A stretch of 63,242 bases of DNA, filler included, from Octopus bimaculoides (lineage: Eukaryota), in assembly GCF_001194135.2 (NCBI RefSeq). It is 6 parts of 6 records of this genome, joined end to end, with 100 filler letters (N's around TTAATTAATTAA, not from the genome) between each part and the next. Parts side by side here need not be neighbours in the genome. Positions count along the whole stretch, not along the records: positions 30,817 to 52,576 come from NC_068981.1; positions 52,677 to 56,403 come from NC_068986.1; 4 more parts are not named here. The stretch is one strand, 5' to 3'. Shown one piece after another: positions 39,136-52,845 of this stretch. How positions within the stretch are numbered: the first letter of the stretch is position 1; the number at the start of each line of letters is the position of its first letter. A model generated the notes under the pieces. That model did not search any database. It saw only the letters and a list, made by a program, of their open reading frames with translations, and had not been told where the DNA came from. Position numbers and translations under genes: made by a program.

Positions 39136-40311
39136 GTCTGTATGTCCGTGCATCCATCCGTCCGGCCGTCTCACTATCTATCTTCTTACTTATCTATCTG
39201 TTTATGTGTTTGCCTGTCTGTCTGTCTGTCTCTCTATATGTTTCTTTATGTGTCCCTCTCTGGAAATGTGTGTCTTTATGTCTGTCGTTTCTCTGTTTGT
39301 TTAGCAATTTCCATCACTAACTAAAGAGTCGGATATGCCTACGTATAGTTAAGTGTGCATGCCTGTGTCTATGTAGATAGTATACATGGCTGTGAGGTTA
39401 TGGAGATCGCTTTAAAATCACATGAATTCGTGTTCAGTACCACTTCGCAACACAATTACGAAGAGTTTTCTACTCTATTTGACGTTGGTCCAGTTCACTC
39501 AGCTGGCAAAAATAGGTATTACAACTGCTGAACGGCATCTCGTTCAGGTAGAGACATTAGGTGGAAACAGGGCAAGGGTCTTTTATTATAGTCTGTTGAT
39601 GCGGAAAGCTTTGTGAGTGGATTTGATAGATAGAAACTAAAAAAAAATATTTATATATATATATATAAACAAAAAAAAAACAGGAAGTTGATAGTTTCGA
39701 CACAGTGCTCAACTGGAGCATATTTCATATACCATGAACGGATGAAAAGCAAAAAATTTGAGACCAGAATGTGAAAGCCGATGAAATGTTGCTAAACACT
39801 TTCCAAACGTGCTAACGACTGTATCTGCACGCTGCATTAAATCATAAAAGGCGAAGTCGACCACTAAGCATAAAGACGGGCGAAATGCTGCACAGCATTC
39901 TGTCCGTGCTGGTAAAGATCTGCAAGTTCATGTGAACAATATTAACATCAAAAATGTATCGTTTGCCATACACATTAAGGAAGATAAAATTTATTATTTG
40001 AAATATATGCATTAATAACATTTAAAACTATATTAACAACCAATTACACTTAAATCTTTTCCAGAGGAATTTCAATTTGGTATAATAAAACTTGTTTTAT
40101 TTTGAATAAACAATTCTATAAGAAGTATATAGGTATTAATTCTACATGACATCTGAGAATTCATAAAACACAAATTGAGAAAAGTATATACACTTCTATG
40201 GATATTCCTAAGCAGTATGTTGATTTCTTAATAGCAGTTATAGTACAAACACACGTATGCTGAACGACAAACGAGCCCTTGCACATAACCATATAACATA
40301 TAAAGAATGCA

Positions 40312-40342
<31 letters not shown>

Positions 40343-40569
40343 NNNNNNNNNNNNNNNNNNNNNNNNNNNNNNNNNNNNNNNNNNNNNNNNNNNNNNNNNN
40401 NNNNNNNNNNNNNNNNNNNNNNNNNNNNNNNNNNNNNNNNNNNNNNNNNNNNNNNNNNNNNNNNNNNNNNNNNNNNNNNNNNNNNNNNNNNNNNNNNATT
40501 TGAAAAAAACACAGAGGATTTGTTTTACAGGATTAAGGAATATATTAGGATCACTATAATAAAGATGTA

Positions 40570-41860
40570 TTGGGTTGTCCTGAAAGTTCGTACCGTTTTA
40601 TAGTAGCATTACTTTCGACTTATTTTAGGACATGGTTGAGTCCATAAAATATGATTTGACTACACTTCCATTTAGAGTACACTTTAAGCTATCTTTTCGT
40701 GGAAGAACGTTTATGTTTCTATAACCTTTGTTAATTCTGTGACCTTTTAAAATGGAAGATAAGAAAGTTCATTTTCGGCACTTGATGCTTTTCTTTTTCC
40801 GTAAAGTGAAAAATGCCTCACAAACAACCAAAAGAATATGCGCCGTTTATTTCTTTATCGGTAATGTTTATTTATCCGAAACAATTGTACTGACGTGGTT
40901 CGCAAAGTTCCGAGCTGGAGATTGTAGCCTTATTGATAAAGAGTGATCAGGCAAACCATCTACTACAGATGATGACCAAGTCAAGTTATTAATCGAGAAT
41001 AACCCCCATTGCACAACCCGAGAATTGGCAGAAAGGCACAAGCTATCAAACTCCGTCTTTCATGAGCACCTGGTAAATCTTGGGTTCAGAAATCGCTACG
41101 GCGTTTCGGATACCTCATGAGTTGAGTGAGAAGAACCTTTCGGATCGCATTTCCATCTGTAATGGAAATGTGTTCCAAACGGAATCAAAACGGAATGAAA
41201 ACGCGCCTTTTTTAAAGCAAATTACGACAGATGACGAGAAATGGATTATCTACCAAAATGTTCAGAGAAAGCGATTCTGGAGTAAGCGTCATCAGCCACC
41301 TTTAGCCACCGCAAAAGCGGGTCTTCACCCTAAAAAAGTCTTGCTTTGTGTCTGGTGGGATTGGAAAGGAATTCTGTACTATGAGCTTCTCCCAAGTAAC
41401 CAGACAATTAATTCTGAGAAATACAGCACACAACTGGACGAGTTAAAAAACAACAATTCAAGCGAAACGTCCAGAATTGGCCAACAGGAAGAGGGTTGTT
41501 TTCCAACATAATAATGCAAGACCGCACGTTTCTTTGCTGCAGCTCGGCTAGGATGTGTTACCCCACCCTTCATATTCACCAGATATTGCTCCTTCGGATT
41601 TCCAATTATTCAGGTCTCGGCAGAATAGTCTTAATGGTAAAAATTTTAATTCCTCGGATGACGTAATAAGATACCTTGATGAATTCCTTGCCGTGAAACT
41701 ACCTCAATTCTGCGAAGAGGTCACTTTCAAGTTAAAGTCAAGATGAAGACGCATTGTGCAATAAAATGGTTCATACCTGGTTGATTAAAAATGTAATTGG
41801 AAGTATGTGATGACCTTTTCTTTCCTCTAAATATCGGCACGGACTTTCCGGACTACCCAA
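40570..41860 (+). mobile_element. Full-length 1291-bp mariner (mellifera-subfamily-like) with decayed transposase (about 40752-41790)
   Basis: TIRs ttgggttgtcctgaaagttcgtaccg / reverse complement ttgggtagtccggaaagtccgtgccg (22/26), TA on both sides (40568-9, 41861-2); MEDKKVHFRHLMLFFFRK, IPHEL, ITTDDEKWI, HNNARPH, PHPSYSPDIAPSDF; several frameshifts. Confidence 0.95.
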
Positions 41861-43130
41861 TACAGTTTTGTGCAAAATAGCATTTTGCTCTTTCAACAAA
41901 ATTAAGATAAGAACAGGTTTCGCATTGCTCATCAAGCCAAGAATTGAAAATAAACATATTGCTAATGGGATGATATATTACTACGGGAAATAATTGTTCA
42001 CTTATTTATTTTACAGTAAAAGGGAGGTAAATCTGTAATTCTCATTTTTGGTCTCCTTTTTTTTCTGGTTTGTATCTTTAAAAAGGTGTAAGTTTTTTAT
42101 TCTTAATATGAGTTCTTTTCTCAAGAGAGGAAAAGTATAGTCACCTTAATTCCGAAACATGTGCCGAGTTGATAGCACATTATCGTAGAGAATCTACCAG
42201 CTGTATTCCGATAAACAGTGAGATACATATCCGAAATTGATTTTATGAAATGACATACAAATGTAATCTAATCTGTTAGCTATTACAAGAGATACCAAAA
42301 GAGCATAGGTGGAAAAGTTGTCCCAACAAAATAACACTGTACATGCAATGCTTACATGGTTAAATCAATATACCATACAAAGAAAAAATATGATATTGTG
42401 AGGAGAGTACTTAATATAAAACACCAGCTATATTTTGTAAATAAATCGTGTTGTTGCCTAATTTTGCAGATCTTTTTCAACAAATTTTATTCAACAAAAA
42501 CAATAACATGTAGCAAACACATCTTTAAATAATTATTCCGGTGCAAATTCACCATCTACTTAAATTACTGCTTCCCATTTGCTTCATAAAAGTTAGATGG
42601 TCATTTAAAGATGTTTTTGTTAAATATTGATATTGTTTTTATTGAATAAAATTTGTTGAAAAAAAGCCGCAATAATTATGCACCAACTCAATATATACCA
42701 GAAAAGTTAGACAAGTATTTCAAGGGGAAAATTACATAAATGCAACTCGATATAATTGAAGAACATTGACAGATACAAAACAACTTTCAACAATTGAATT
42801 GGCTTAATGACAAAAAAATGTTTTAAATATAAATTGCAATAAAGAAAACTGGTTTGTATTATTCAGTCTTTTATTGTGTATCTGAGACAATAAATGTCTA
42901 TGCTATACGATTAAGTTAAAACAATGAAATATTATGTTAAAATCTCAGAATTATTTATTATAGAAGTTTCCGGAAGCTTTACTGTGTAGAAACGCGTTAC
43001 CGGCATGAAATTCTCATATAGAGAAGATTATGAAGGACAATATCCTTTCAAAGTGAGCCGTGGTATCTTCCATGAAAAACTATAAAGAATTCTCTCTAAA
43101 ACACAAATTGTTTTTCTCTGTAAAACTCGT

Positions 43131-43657
43131 CTCACTTACCCAACTAAGGCAATTCCCCACCCCGACGTCTACTATCCCTTGGACAATTACCCCACTTGGT
43201 TAATTACCTCCTCTTCAATATAATAAGAAATTCTAAATCATTATCTAAAAGTGCAAATTATACGCTATTCCTCGCAAATAGGGTCTACAACTAACTTTTT
43301 TTGCTGTAGATGTGTATGCAATTCAAAATGCCTTGTTTTACAACTGAGATGTATCGATATTGCTATGATTTTGTCTTACTGTAATCAATAACAAACACAT
43401 TTCGTCAATATTGAAGTCTTTATTTCAGTGAAATTATAATTGTCTAAATCTTATAAAAATTATCTGAATCTTATAAAAATTACACACATTAGGCGTACGT
43501 TTCTCAAATTTCCCAGGTATAGAAATAGCGGCTTATACACCGAAAAATACGGTACACATCGGAGTTAACTGCTTAGGGATAATTATCCAAGCGCGTAATT
43601 GTACTAGCGGACCTTGAGTGGGAAGGGGTTATTGTCCATGGGGAGTAAATGTCCTAG
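43131..43657. mobile_element. MITE-like element with sub-repeated inverted ends, containing a Tigger/pogo-like terminus
   Basis: ggacaattacccc-type units on the left, inverted ggggttattgtcc / gtaattgtac on the right; ACTCGT flanks both sides (43125-30, 43658-63); internal gcggcttatacaccgaaaaatacggta (43528-43554). Confidence 0.5.
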
Positions 43658-44274
43658 ACTCGTAAAACTATTGCAAATTCTCTCTAAAATATGCGTAAGA
43701 ACACATTCGCATCAGAGAAGCAATTTATTTATACCTACATCAAACATGTCATACAAAATCCATATTTACGCATAAATATATTTCCGAGAGAAAAGTAAAT
43801 TTATTACTTTCTTATACAATCAATTTGAGTAGCTTGTAACATTACTATTTTCAGACATGTTATTTTCGACGTGCAAAATTTGAACGAATTTAGTGCAACT
43901 AGATTTTATATAGAAAATTTAGCTTTATTGGTTTTTCATGGTGTAGGTTCCTGATAAATCTTGGGCTTCAAGAATATATTATATTCTAAGGTTATTAGAT
44001 AAAATTATAAATATACGGCTAAAGAAATTTCAAAAATTAAATAGACGTTGATGATTGACTAAAAAAGTAACACATGAAAATAATGTTAATAAATATCGAT
44101 CATGTTCTGTAAAAACTACGAAAAATAAGAGAATCCAGCGTATAAAGTACGCAATTAATACGTGTAAATGTCTACCACCTTCAAAAATGTTTGTTGCTGC
44201 GTCACGTGTTTATTTTGAATATTCAGAAAATGTTAATGATTATGGTTTCATTACCTATTTAATGTTGTCTAACT

Positions 44275-45285
44275 AATATTCAACTTCACTCCCCAAAATA
44301 TACAGCCCGATGTGATGCATATATATTCATTATATCCACGTGGGTGTTACGACCTATCCTGCATGAACATTGCAGTTTTGATCATGGAGTAAATTATAAT
44401 TTTAATAATAATATAGGTTATTTTTTAAAATTAATTAATCAATCAATTAATAATTAATAATTTTACCAAGTAGTCAATACGTTAAAAAAACATTATTATG
44501 TGAATTATACCAAATATTCTATAATTATATGCGTAATTATATTCAGGGGTCAGCTAACTGCCTCGCCGTGTAATGAATTAGAACTTATTTCTTTTAAACT
44601 ACCATAAACAATCTGCAAGATATGAACACACGTTATTATGTTGGAAAAAGTAAAAATGATGAATCAACATTATTTCTTTTAACCACAGATGCGTTTCGAA
44701 TTTAAAGTAAAATATATTTACCCATTATTCTCTTCAGTGTGGTACACCGAGTTATAAATTTGTGAGGGTTGGGATGAAATATGTACGCGATCAAGCATCA
44801 TCGCATAACTAATATTCAACCGCGCTCTCAAAAATATACAGCCGGATATGGTACATAGTTATCCCTTATAGCCATGTGTGTGCTACGACTTATCGCACAG
44901 AAAAACTGCAGTTTCGATGTTGGAGTAAATTATAATTTTAATCGTAATATAGGGTAAAATTAATTAATTAATCAATCACTCAATTAATAATTAATAATTA
45001 TTTAGGTGAATTATGCAAAATATTCTATAATTATATAAAATATTATTATTAGGTGTCAGCTAAGTGCCTCGCAACGTACTGAATTAGAAATAGACGCTAA
45101 TGTCTTTTCAACTGCCATAAAAATCTCCGAGATAATAATACACATTTTTTATGTGTGTTATTATCTCGAAGATTTTTATGAAAGCTGAAAAGACATTAAC
45201 GTCTATTTCTGATTCAGTACGTGACGAGGCACTTCGCTGACCCCTGGTTATAATTGTGTATATAATTATAGAATATGTTTTACAA
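44275..45285. repeat. Diverged tandem duplication whose second unit ends in a long hairpin
   Basis: 44275-44640 and 44812-45150 are colinear (about 540-bp offset); 45052-45244 folds back with arms of about 94 bp and a 5-nt T loop. Confidence 0.9.
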
Positions 45286-45305
45286 TATATATGTGTGTGT
45301 GTGTG

Positions 45306-45341
<36 letters not shown>

Positions 45342-45351
45342 NNNNNNNNNN

Positions 45352-45429
<78 letters not shown>

Positions 45430-46839
45430 TATCATAACTATGAGCATGTAAATACATTACTGAGATTGTTAATACGAGTCAAGTAACTCCTCTGATTACA
45501 TATCTTATCACCATTGATTCATGCATACCTTATAAGCACAAAAGCAAAAGCCATAAAACGTGTACAAACAACAGCATCAACACCTACAGCAATAAAATTT
45601 ATCATAAATATGGAAACATTAAATATGACTTGGCGATTTGTCGTTGATAACGCCGTTTAGGAGTGGAAATTTAAGGGAATATAAAAGTATTTAATAGTTG
45701 TACATCTAAGCCTTGTGTGTGACGTATTTAGTAGAGAAACGTGCCAAATAATTTATAACATCGAGTGAAATACATCCAAAATCTCATGTCAAAACACGTC
45801 GCATTTCCTTTCATTGTCCAGTGGTTTCTACACACTCCTTCAAAATTGACTTCATAAACAAGAGCCACAGTCTTTAGAATAGTAATTAAAGCTGGATTCC
45901 TTTGCTTGACGAGACACGGTGCTGTCGGAACACCGGCTGTCCCAGCATCCCATTAAGCTAAACAAGTGGTTGTAATATCAACACACATTCGGCTGAAACT
46001 GTATGTGTCACATTCTCTGTTTTTGTTCTAAACTTTGACCCCCCATGAATCCCAAATTTTATTTTGATATTCATGGGATCAGCTGTCTTCCAAGACTCAT
46101 ATTGTCGTTCAATGGTCGAAATGAGGAGTAGATAGACAGCCGAAAACTGATGAAGGACCGTTGTTTTGTGTTACTTGTTCTGTTTTCCCTTTTTTCTCTC
46201 GTTGTGTGCATAATTAACTCATTTGATTTCGTATTTCATGTTGTTTATGGATAAATATAAATTTGCTCTACTTAGGGAATCATGAGTACTCTTCGTATTC
46301 TACATGTATTGAAGATTCCTGATTTACTTTAGCACTAGTTTTATCCTACTACTATGTATACACAGAGGTAACCCTAAATAAAGGGATAACCAATAAATTC
46401 TTTCTCTAGCTCGTTTGCTAATTCACTCTTTTTTCTATGGAGTTCACACTACAAAATGGTATGATTCTAATATATTGAGCATTCTGGCCTCATCGCGAGG
46501 CCCTGTCTTTCCTTTTACCTTCATTTATCTTATTTTATGAAGCTCCATTTACTATAAAGGTTTGCTATAATGATGGCGAGTATGATTTTCGGAATTATCT
46601 CTGTAAACACCGATAGATATCAGCAGTCGAAACGGCTAAAAGAAGTGTTATTTAATGTTATGTTATATCTTTTAAAAATAATTAACCGATCTTGCTAATT
46701 TTTTTTGTTTCTTGATCAAACGTTTTTCTCCATTTCCTGCACGTGAGCATATATGTGCGTGTGTAGTGATGTGTTTATATTGCGACGACGACAGGCTATT
46801 TGCTTCGTCAAATTATATACTTGTAACCAAGATTCAAAC

Positions 46840-49800
46840 AAGCAGGAAATGGAGAAAAACGTTGGATCAAGAAACAAAAAAAATTACCAAGATCGGTTAA
46901 AACCATTCTATATTGTGGTAGAAATGCTCATTAGATTTCAAAGTTATTTCCCTTTCATAGAAATAAGGAAATGCATAAACTTATATGTTTTTTTTGTTTT
47001 TTTTGCTTTTTATTTGTGTATCAATATTTATAAATTAGCAGCACGAAAGAGGTAAGCATTTGTGCATCTAGTGTCAGTACCTAATTTTCATATACTCGTT
47101 TTGATAAGCACAACTTTTACACACTTTTAGGTGTTTATTTCTCTTTTGAGAACATTTCGAATGTACTTCAAAAAGATAAAGTAAAAAATCGCAAATGATG
47201 AGTAGGTAGAGCTAAAATGTAGGGATGGGAAAGGAGATAATGGTTAAAATATGAAGCTACGTTGTACATTCAGAAGATTTTCTTACTAAATATTATTTCT
47301 ACTGCTGGCACAATGTCTCAAATTGTGTCTTCGGTGGGCTGGAAATATATTGTCGAATAAGTCGGCAGGTACTTATTTTATCGACCTTAAAAGAATGAAA
47401 GTCAATGTCCACCAGGGCGACATTTCAACTCCCAAAGTATTATCGGAAGAAACTTTCTTAAGCATTTTGTTCGCCGTACCAGCTCGTTCCCTCAGTAGTT
47501 TATTAAATATATTATGAAAATAAACTAAACAACATCAATACAGTTAAATTACTTTGACTTTGTAAGCAAAGTTTTCACAGTTCGGACATTGGCACTTGGT
47601 GGTCATACTGTTAAAACCATTCTATATTGTGGTAGAAATGCTCGTTAAAGATATGCATGCCGACCAAAAAGCGCACTGCATTTTTTTGAATCAGGGCTTC
47701 ACAAATATTCTCTTGATATAGTTGAGCTCTCCGAAACTCGTCTGTCTGTTGAGGGTCCAATAAATTAATCTACTTATGAATATACTATCTCCTACCAGAG
47801 AGTCAGCGTAGAGAATCGTGTGTTGGGTTTGCTCTCAAGAATTCATTAGTATCCTCTATTTCAGAATTTTCAAGTGGTGTATCTGAATGAACCATGTCAG
47901 GACATATAAAATTGACAAAATATAGGTTTCTTACATTTTCAGTATTTATGCACCAACAATGTCTCATTCTGTTGAAACTGTAGGACAATTTTACGAACAT
48001 CTAGTACACATATTGAAGAAAGCACTAATTTCGTACTAGTTGGTCAATTTGGGAAATTTCAATGCAAGAGTTGAAAATGACTACATTTCCTGGCCTGTTT
48101 AGGCCGACATGGGATTGGAAAATGTAATAAACATGGAGCAGATCTCTTGACCTTTTGCACCTAGGATGGTCTGGTTGCTACCAACACTCTCTGTAAGCAG
48201 AAAAAAAAACACCTGCATGCATCCAAAATCGAAAGACTGGTATCTCATAGATTATAATTTGATCAGAAACCGTGATAGGAATGATGTTTCTAGTGACGGG
48301 CCATGAGAGTATCAGAGAGCTGTATTGACCATCGTCTAGTGCGTGGAAAAATTAATTTTTTGACAATGCCTAAAAGTCGGCATTCTTGTTCTAATGTACC
48401 CAAAAAGTTAACTGAGTTGCAAACTTCAAATTACCAGGCAACTTGTAAAGATTTCACAGTATTAATCTGAATCTAAACAATCTATTAATCTGGATCCAGA
48501 CAATCAATTCAAACGAAGCATACAGAAAACAGAAACGGAAGGTTGAAACTGTTCTAAGGAAAGCGAAGCAGGAATGATGAATGACGGAGGAAAAGGGATG
48601 CAAGAAGCAGCTGGTAAAAATGATATCAAGGTGTTGTACTCTTATACTTAGGAGATGTATGGCCGAAACTCTTCTTCAATAAATCGAAACCAGCAAATGG
48701 ACATTTGATTTTGACAGAGACCGCTCCTATTCATAAGTGGTGAGTAGATGATTTTTCTGCAGTTTTCAATATACCACCAGCTGCTGACATAAAGATGATA
48801 TAAAATATCGAACACCTTCCAGTTATGGAGGAGATGCAATTTGAACCAACTCTAAATGACGTTTATTTCGCTGTGAATAAGCTGAGTAAAAAAAAGTTCT
48901 CTAGGGTCTGGTGGAATCTGTGTAGGGATGTCTTGAAATATGAAGGTGATAAAATGTTGAACTCATAACTATATAAATTTGTCACTGTTAGAGCGATGAG
49001 GAAATGCATCAGGACTGGATTGATCCTCGTATTAATCGGGGTGAAAAGATCTGTGTGGTAACTTTTGTGGGATTTTACATTTGTCTGTAGCTGGAAAGGT
49101 ACTCGTTCTCATTCTGTTGGGACGTTTAAATACCTTCATAGTTCCAAGTATAGCGTCTGAATCTCAATGTGGTTTACTCTCCTCCAGGGGAAGAGTTGAT
49201 TGTATTTTTACTACCAGACCATCTCTTGAAAAATGCATTACCCCATACCATTGTTTTGTTGATTGAAACACTGCATTTAAGGCGGTGAGCTGACAGAAAT
49301 ATTAGCACGCCGGGCGAAGTACTTAGCTGTATTTCGTCTGTCATAACGTTCTGATTTCAAATTCCACCGAGAACGATTTTGCCTCCCATCGTTTCAGAGT
49401 CGATACATTAAGAACCAACTGGCCCTCTCTCCACAAAAATTGAGGCCTTGTGCCTAGAGTAGAAAAAATTTAAGCAAGGCATTCGGTACTGTTAACCGAA
49501 ATGCTGTGTCGAATTCTAAGGAAAATAGGTTGCCCCCAAAATTTGTAAACAAAATCAGAGCTTTCTATCAAGTTATGAAGGCTGCAGTTCATATTGATAG
49601 CTGGATTTCGGAAACTTTGACCGTGGAAAATGGAGTAAAGGCAGGAGACCCTGATGCACCCACACACTTTGCAATATGCTTTGCTGTTGTGCTGTCACAC
49701 GCTTTTCAAAAGCCTGAGGAGGGTAATTACTTAAAATATCGAAAAGCAGGGAATGTTACTTTATTTCATGTGACCTGACTGAAATTCAAAGCGAAGGTTT

Positions 49801-51065
49801 TCCTTCACTCATTACGGAACTCTTAAACACTGACGATTGCGAACTTTGTCAGTCACTTAGAAACAAGCCTGCAATCTCATGTATCTGCATTTGATACAGC
49901 TTTTGTTATTTTGGCTTGACCATCAATTTGAACAGAACAGTTGTAATGTCTCAACCTGCACGTGGAGCTGTTTGCAATTCGCCTAAATGTTTCGTTAAAT
50001 GTAAGTTACTTTAGGTTGTTGACTCTTTCGTCTCCCTTGGTAGCTCTGTACATAATGATAGGAATCTTGATACAGAAATATATCTACTAATTCAAAAGCG
50101 AGCACAAGCATTTAGTGGTTTGGAGTTACGCGTTTGGGGCCAATGGCATAATTTAATGACACAAAATTGGCTCTTTACAAATCGTATGTCTTACCATCCC
50201 TGCTGTATTCTTCTGAAACATGGACGTGTTATAAAAGACATCTGAAATTGTTAGAACGATTTCACCAAAAATACCTTCGCCACATTTTAAACGTTAAATG
50301 GGTCCTTTGTAGTACAGACAGAGATGTCTTTCTGTCTGTGGCTTCACGTCAATTTAAACAATGATTCTGGAAAACCAAATGAGATGATCTGGCCATATTA
50401 TTCAAACTGCAAATGAACGTCCACTGAAACAGCTGTTTTATGGTGAGCATGCAGAAGGGGAAACGCTATCGGTGTAAACCTAAGAAGAGAGTAAAGAACG
50501 GCATAAGGCTACCATGCAGTCACTTGGAATGGATCCACAGGCCTTAGAATCCTTGCTTCGGATCAAGTTGGATGGCGAAGAAAAGTGTGGAGGGGGAGTG
50601 AAAGTGCTTGAAGAGGTGAGAATAACATATGCAAGACTCAAATGAGATATAATGAAAAATATTGCGATCGAGAAGTGGAAACTCAGTGAGCTTTTTAGTG
50701 TGCACCGTTTGCGACAGACAATGCCTTTCTTTTGTTGGGCCCAAATATCATTTGTGAACCCATGAAAAACAACCTCCTCCAAATACTCTGCCTATATACC
50801 TGTGCAAACCTTTCAACGCCGTGAATGCCATAAAGTCTGCAAATCTAACGGAAACCTCAAAATACATTTTAAGCTCCGCAAATATCAGAACTTAACTGCA
50901 TCTGGTGGTGGTCCAAATCGGATATGCAATATATGTGGGTGTCTTTATAATGTTTTGCACTCACTTCAGCGATTCGCTAAATCATCCATAGATATTTATG
51001 ATGAATGCAGATGACACAGAATTAAATCCGGAACCAGCCGAATCGAGTGATCTCTACTGATGAGG
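46840..51065 (+). mobile_element. Near full-length decayed RTE LINE (APE endonuclease, RT, C2H2 tail) with two internal insertions
   Basis: GSRNKK..LKPF, LDIVELSETRL, GFALKNSL, IYAPT, GNFNARV, YLIDYNL, LSVAGKVLVLILLGRL, ESQCG, SKAFGTVNR, NGVKAGDPDAP, VLPSLLYSSETWTCY, LLERFHQKYLRHIL, then finger-like Cys motifs. Confidence 0.92.
49281..49470 (+). mobile_element. Repeat family F copy inserted in the RTE RT domain
   Basis: ggcggtgagctgacagaa...aaattgaggccttgtgcctagagtagaaaaaa splits the FVD / LSKAF motif; ATTTAAG on both sides (49275-81, 49468-74) is a candidate TSD. Confidence 0.8.
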
Positions 51066-51297
51066 CTAGGGAATTACTCGAACCTGATAGATTAGTATCG
51101 GGAATTTCTCGACCGGTGATTTCGGGTGATTACAATCTCTGTCAGTATATATGTATACAATTTATGTGCTTTAACTACAGCATTACATCATTTTAGCTCT
51201 TATTTCTAGCAATGTCATTGTTCTAACACTCATGCCATATTTTGTGACAGTTATAATTTTAATTTTTGGTATCGCATTGCACACGACTGTCTATATG

Positions 51298-51334
<37 letters not shown>

Positions 51335-52677
51335 NNNNNNNNNNNNNNNNNNNNNNNNNNNNNNNNNNNNNNNNNNNNNNNNNNNNNNNNNNNNNNNNNN
51401 NNNNNNNNNNNNNNNNNNNNNNNNNNNNNNNNNNNNNNNNNNNNNNNNNNNNNNNNNNNNNNNNNNNNNNNNNNNNNNNNNNNNNNNNNNNNNNNNNNNN
51501 NNNNNNNNNNNNNNNNNNNNNNNNNNNNNNNNNNNNNNNNNNNNNNNNNNNNNNNNNNNNNNNNNNNNNNNNNNNNNNNNNNNNNNNNNNNNNNNNNNNN
51601 NNNNNNNNNNNNNNNNNNNNNNNNNNNNNNNNNNNNNNNNNNNNNNNNNNNNNNNNNNNNNNNNNNNNNNNNNNNNNNNNNNNNNNNNNNNNNNNNNNNN
51701 NNNNNNNNNNNNNNNNNNNNNNNNNNNNNNNNNNNNNNNNNNNNNNNNNNNNNNNNNNNNNNNNNNNNNNNNNNNNNNNNNNNNNNNNNNNATATATATA
51801 CGCCATGCTTGGTAATACAATATATAGCGTTTGCGCACTATTGTCAGTGGTTGTTACGCAAATGCACCAGCTGCAAATTAACGAAGACTTACACGTACAT
51901 ACGCATAATTGTGTCTGTATCTCATGAAAATCTACAAGGACCGGATATTGCGATTTAAATAATTTGCTTAAGGCTTCAAGTAAACAAGGAATGTGCTGTG
52001 CATTATGAAAGTCAAATATCAATACATTCGGATACATATGAATCAGTTGCAATAGATGTGCAGAGAAAAAAATAAATTGTGTATATTAGACAAATAAGAG
52101 AAAGCAATCACAGACTGAGAAATAATTAGTATCGGATAATTGTTTAAACAAGAATATATTTCCACCATGATAATGACGTAAGTATTCATATAATGGCATA
52201 CACTAGAAAAGTAGTTAAAAATTCGACAAAACACCGTTGGAGACTGATTAAAAGTTTTAGATACGTCATCTTCAAATACTGGTGTTTCTAAGTAGATACC
52301 AATCTAGAGTACACAATTGACACAGGAGGGATATAGCTGTGAAGAATATCATTAAAGAAGGTATTCCAATTACTGATATTCCAAACACAGCACAAATTCC
52401 TATATGTTTTACATCCGAAAATGAAATAAATATTCATGTGATTTTAAGAAAATGACAGTAATATGTTCTTGCTTAACAAAACGATTGCTAAAGCTATTTA
52501 TATTTCTCTATTCATAAAATAGAAAGGAACATTGCTATTCATAATAACATATACATCTATATATATATATATATATNNNNNNNNNNNNNNNNNNNNNNNN
52601 NNNNNNNNNNNNNNNNNNNNTTAATTAATTAANNNNNNNNNNNNNNNNNNNNNNNNNNNNNNNNNNNNNNNNNNNNG

Positions 52678-52845
52678 AAGAAGAAGAAGAAGAAGAAGAA
52701 GAAGAAGAAGAAGAAGAAGAAGAAGAAGAAGAGGAGGAGGAGGAGGAGGAGGAGGAAGAAGAAGAGGAGGAAAAAGTAAAAGAAGAGGAGGGAGGGTATG
52801 AGGAGGAAAAAGAGGAAGAAGAAGAAGAAGAACAACAACAACAAG
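52678..52845. repeat. (GAA)n/(GAG)n polypurine tract
   Basis: Directly visible. Confidence 0.95.

Noticed and set aside
46105-46165. ATGA-gg...cagcc-GAAA followed by CTGATGA
   Set aside because: Motif order and stems do not give a valid hammerhead topology. Other CTGATGA/CTGAAGA hits (about 5667, 29366, 51057, 53116, 56038, 58273) also lack a paired stem II plus GAAA.
51880-52052. Minus-strand open frame (HIPCLLEALSKLFKSQYPVLVDFHEIQ) ending near a GTAAGT donor
   Set aside because: No recognisable homology and ambiguous acceptor; cannot be distinguished from chance.
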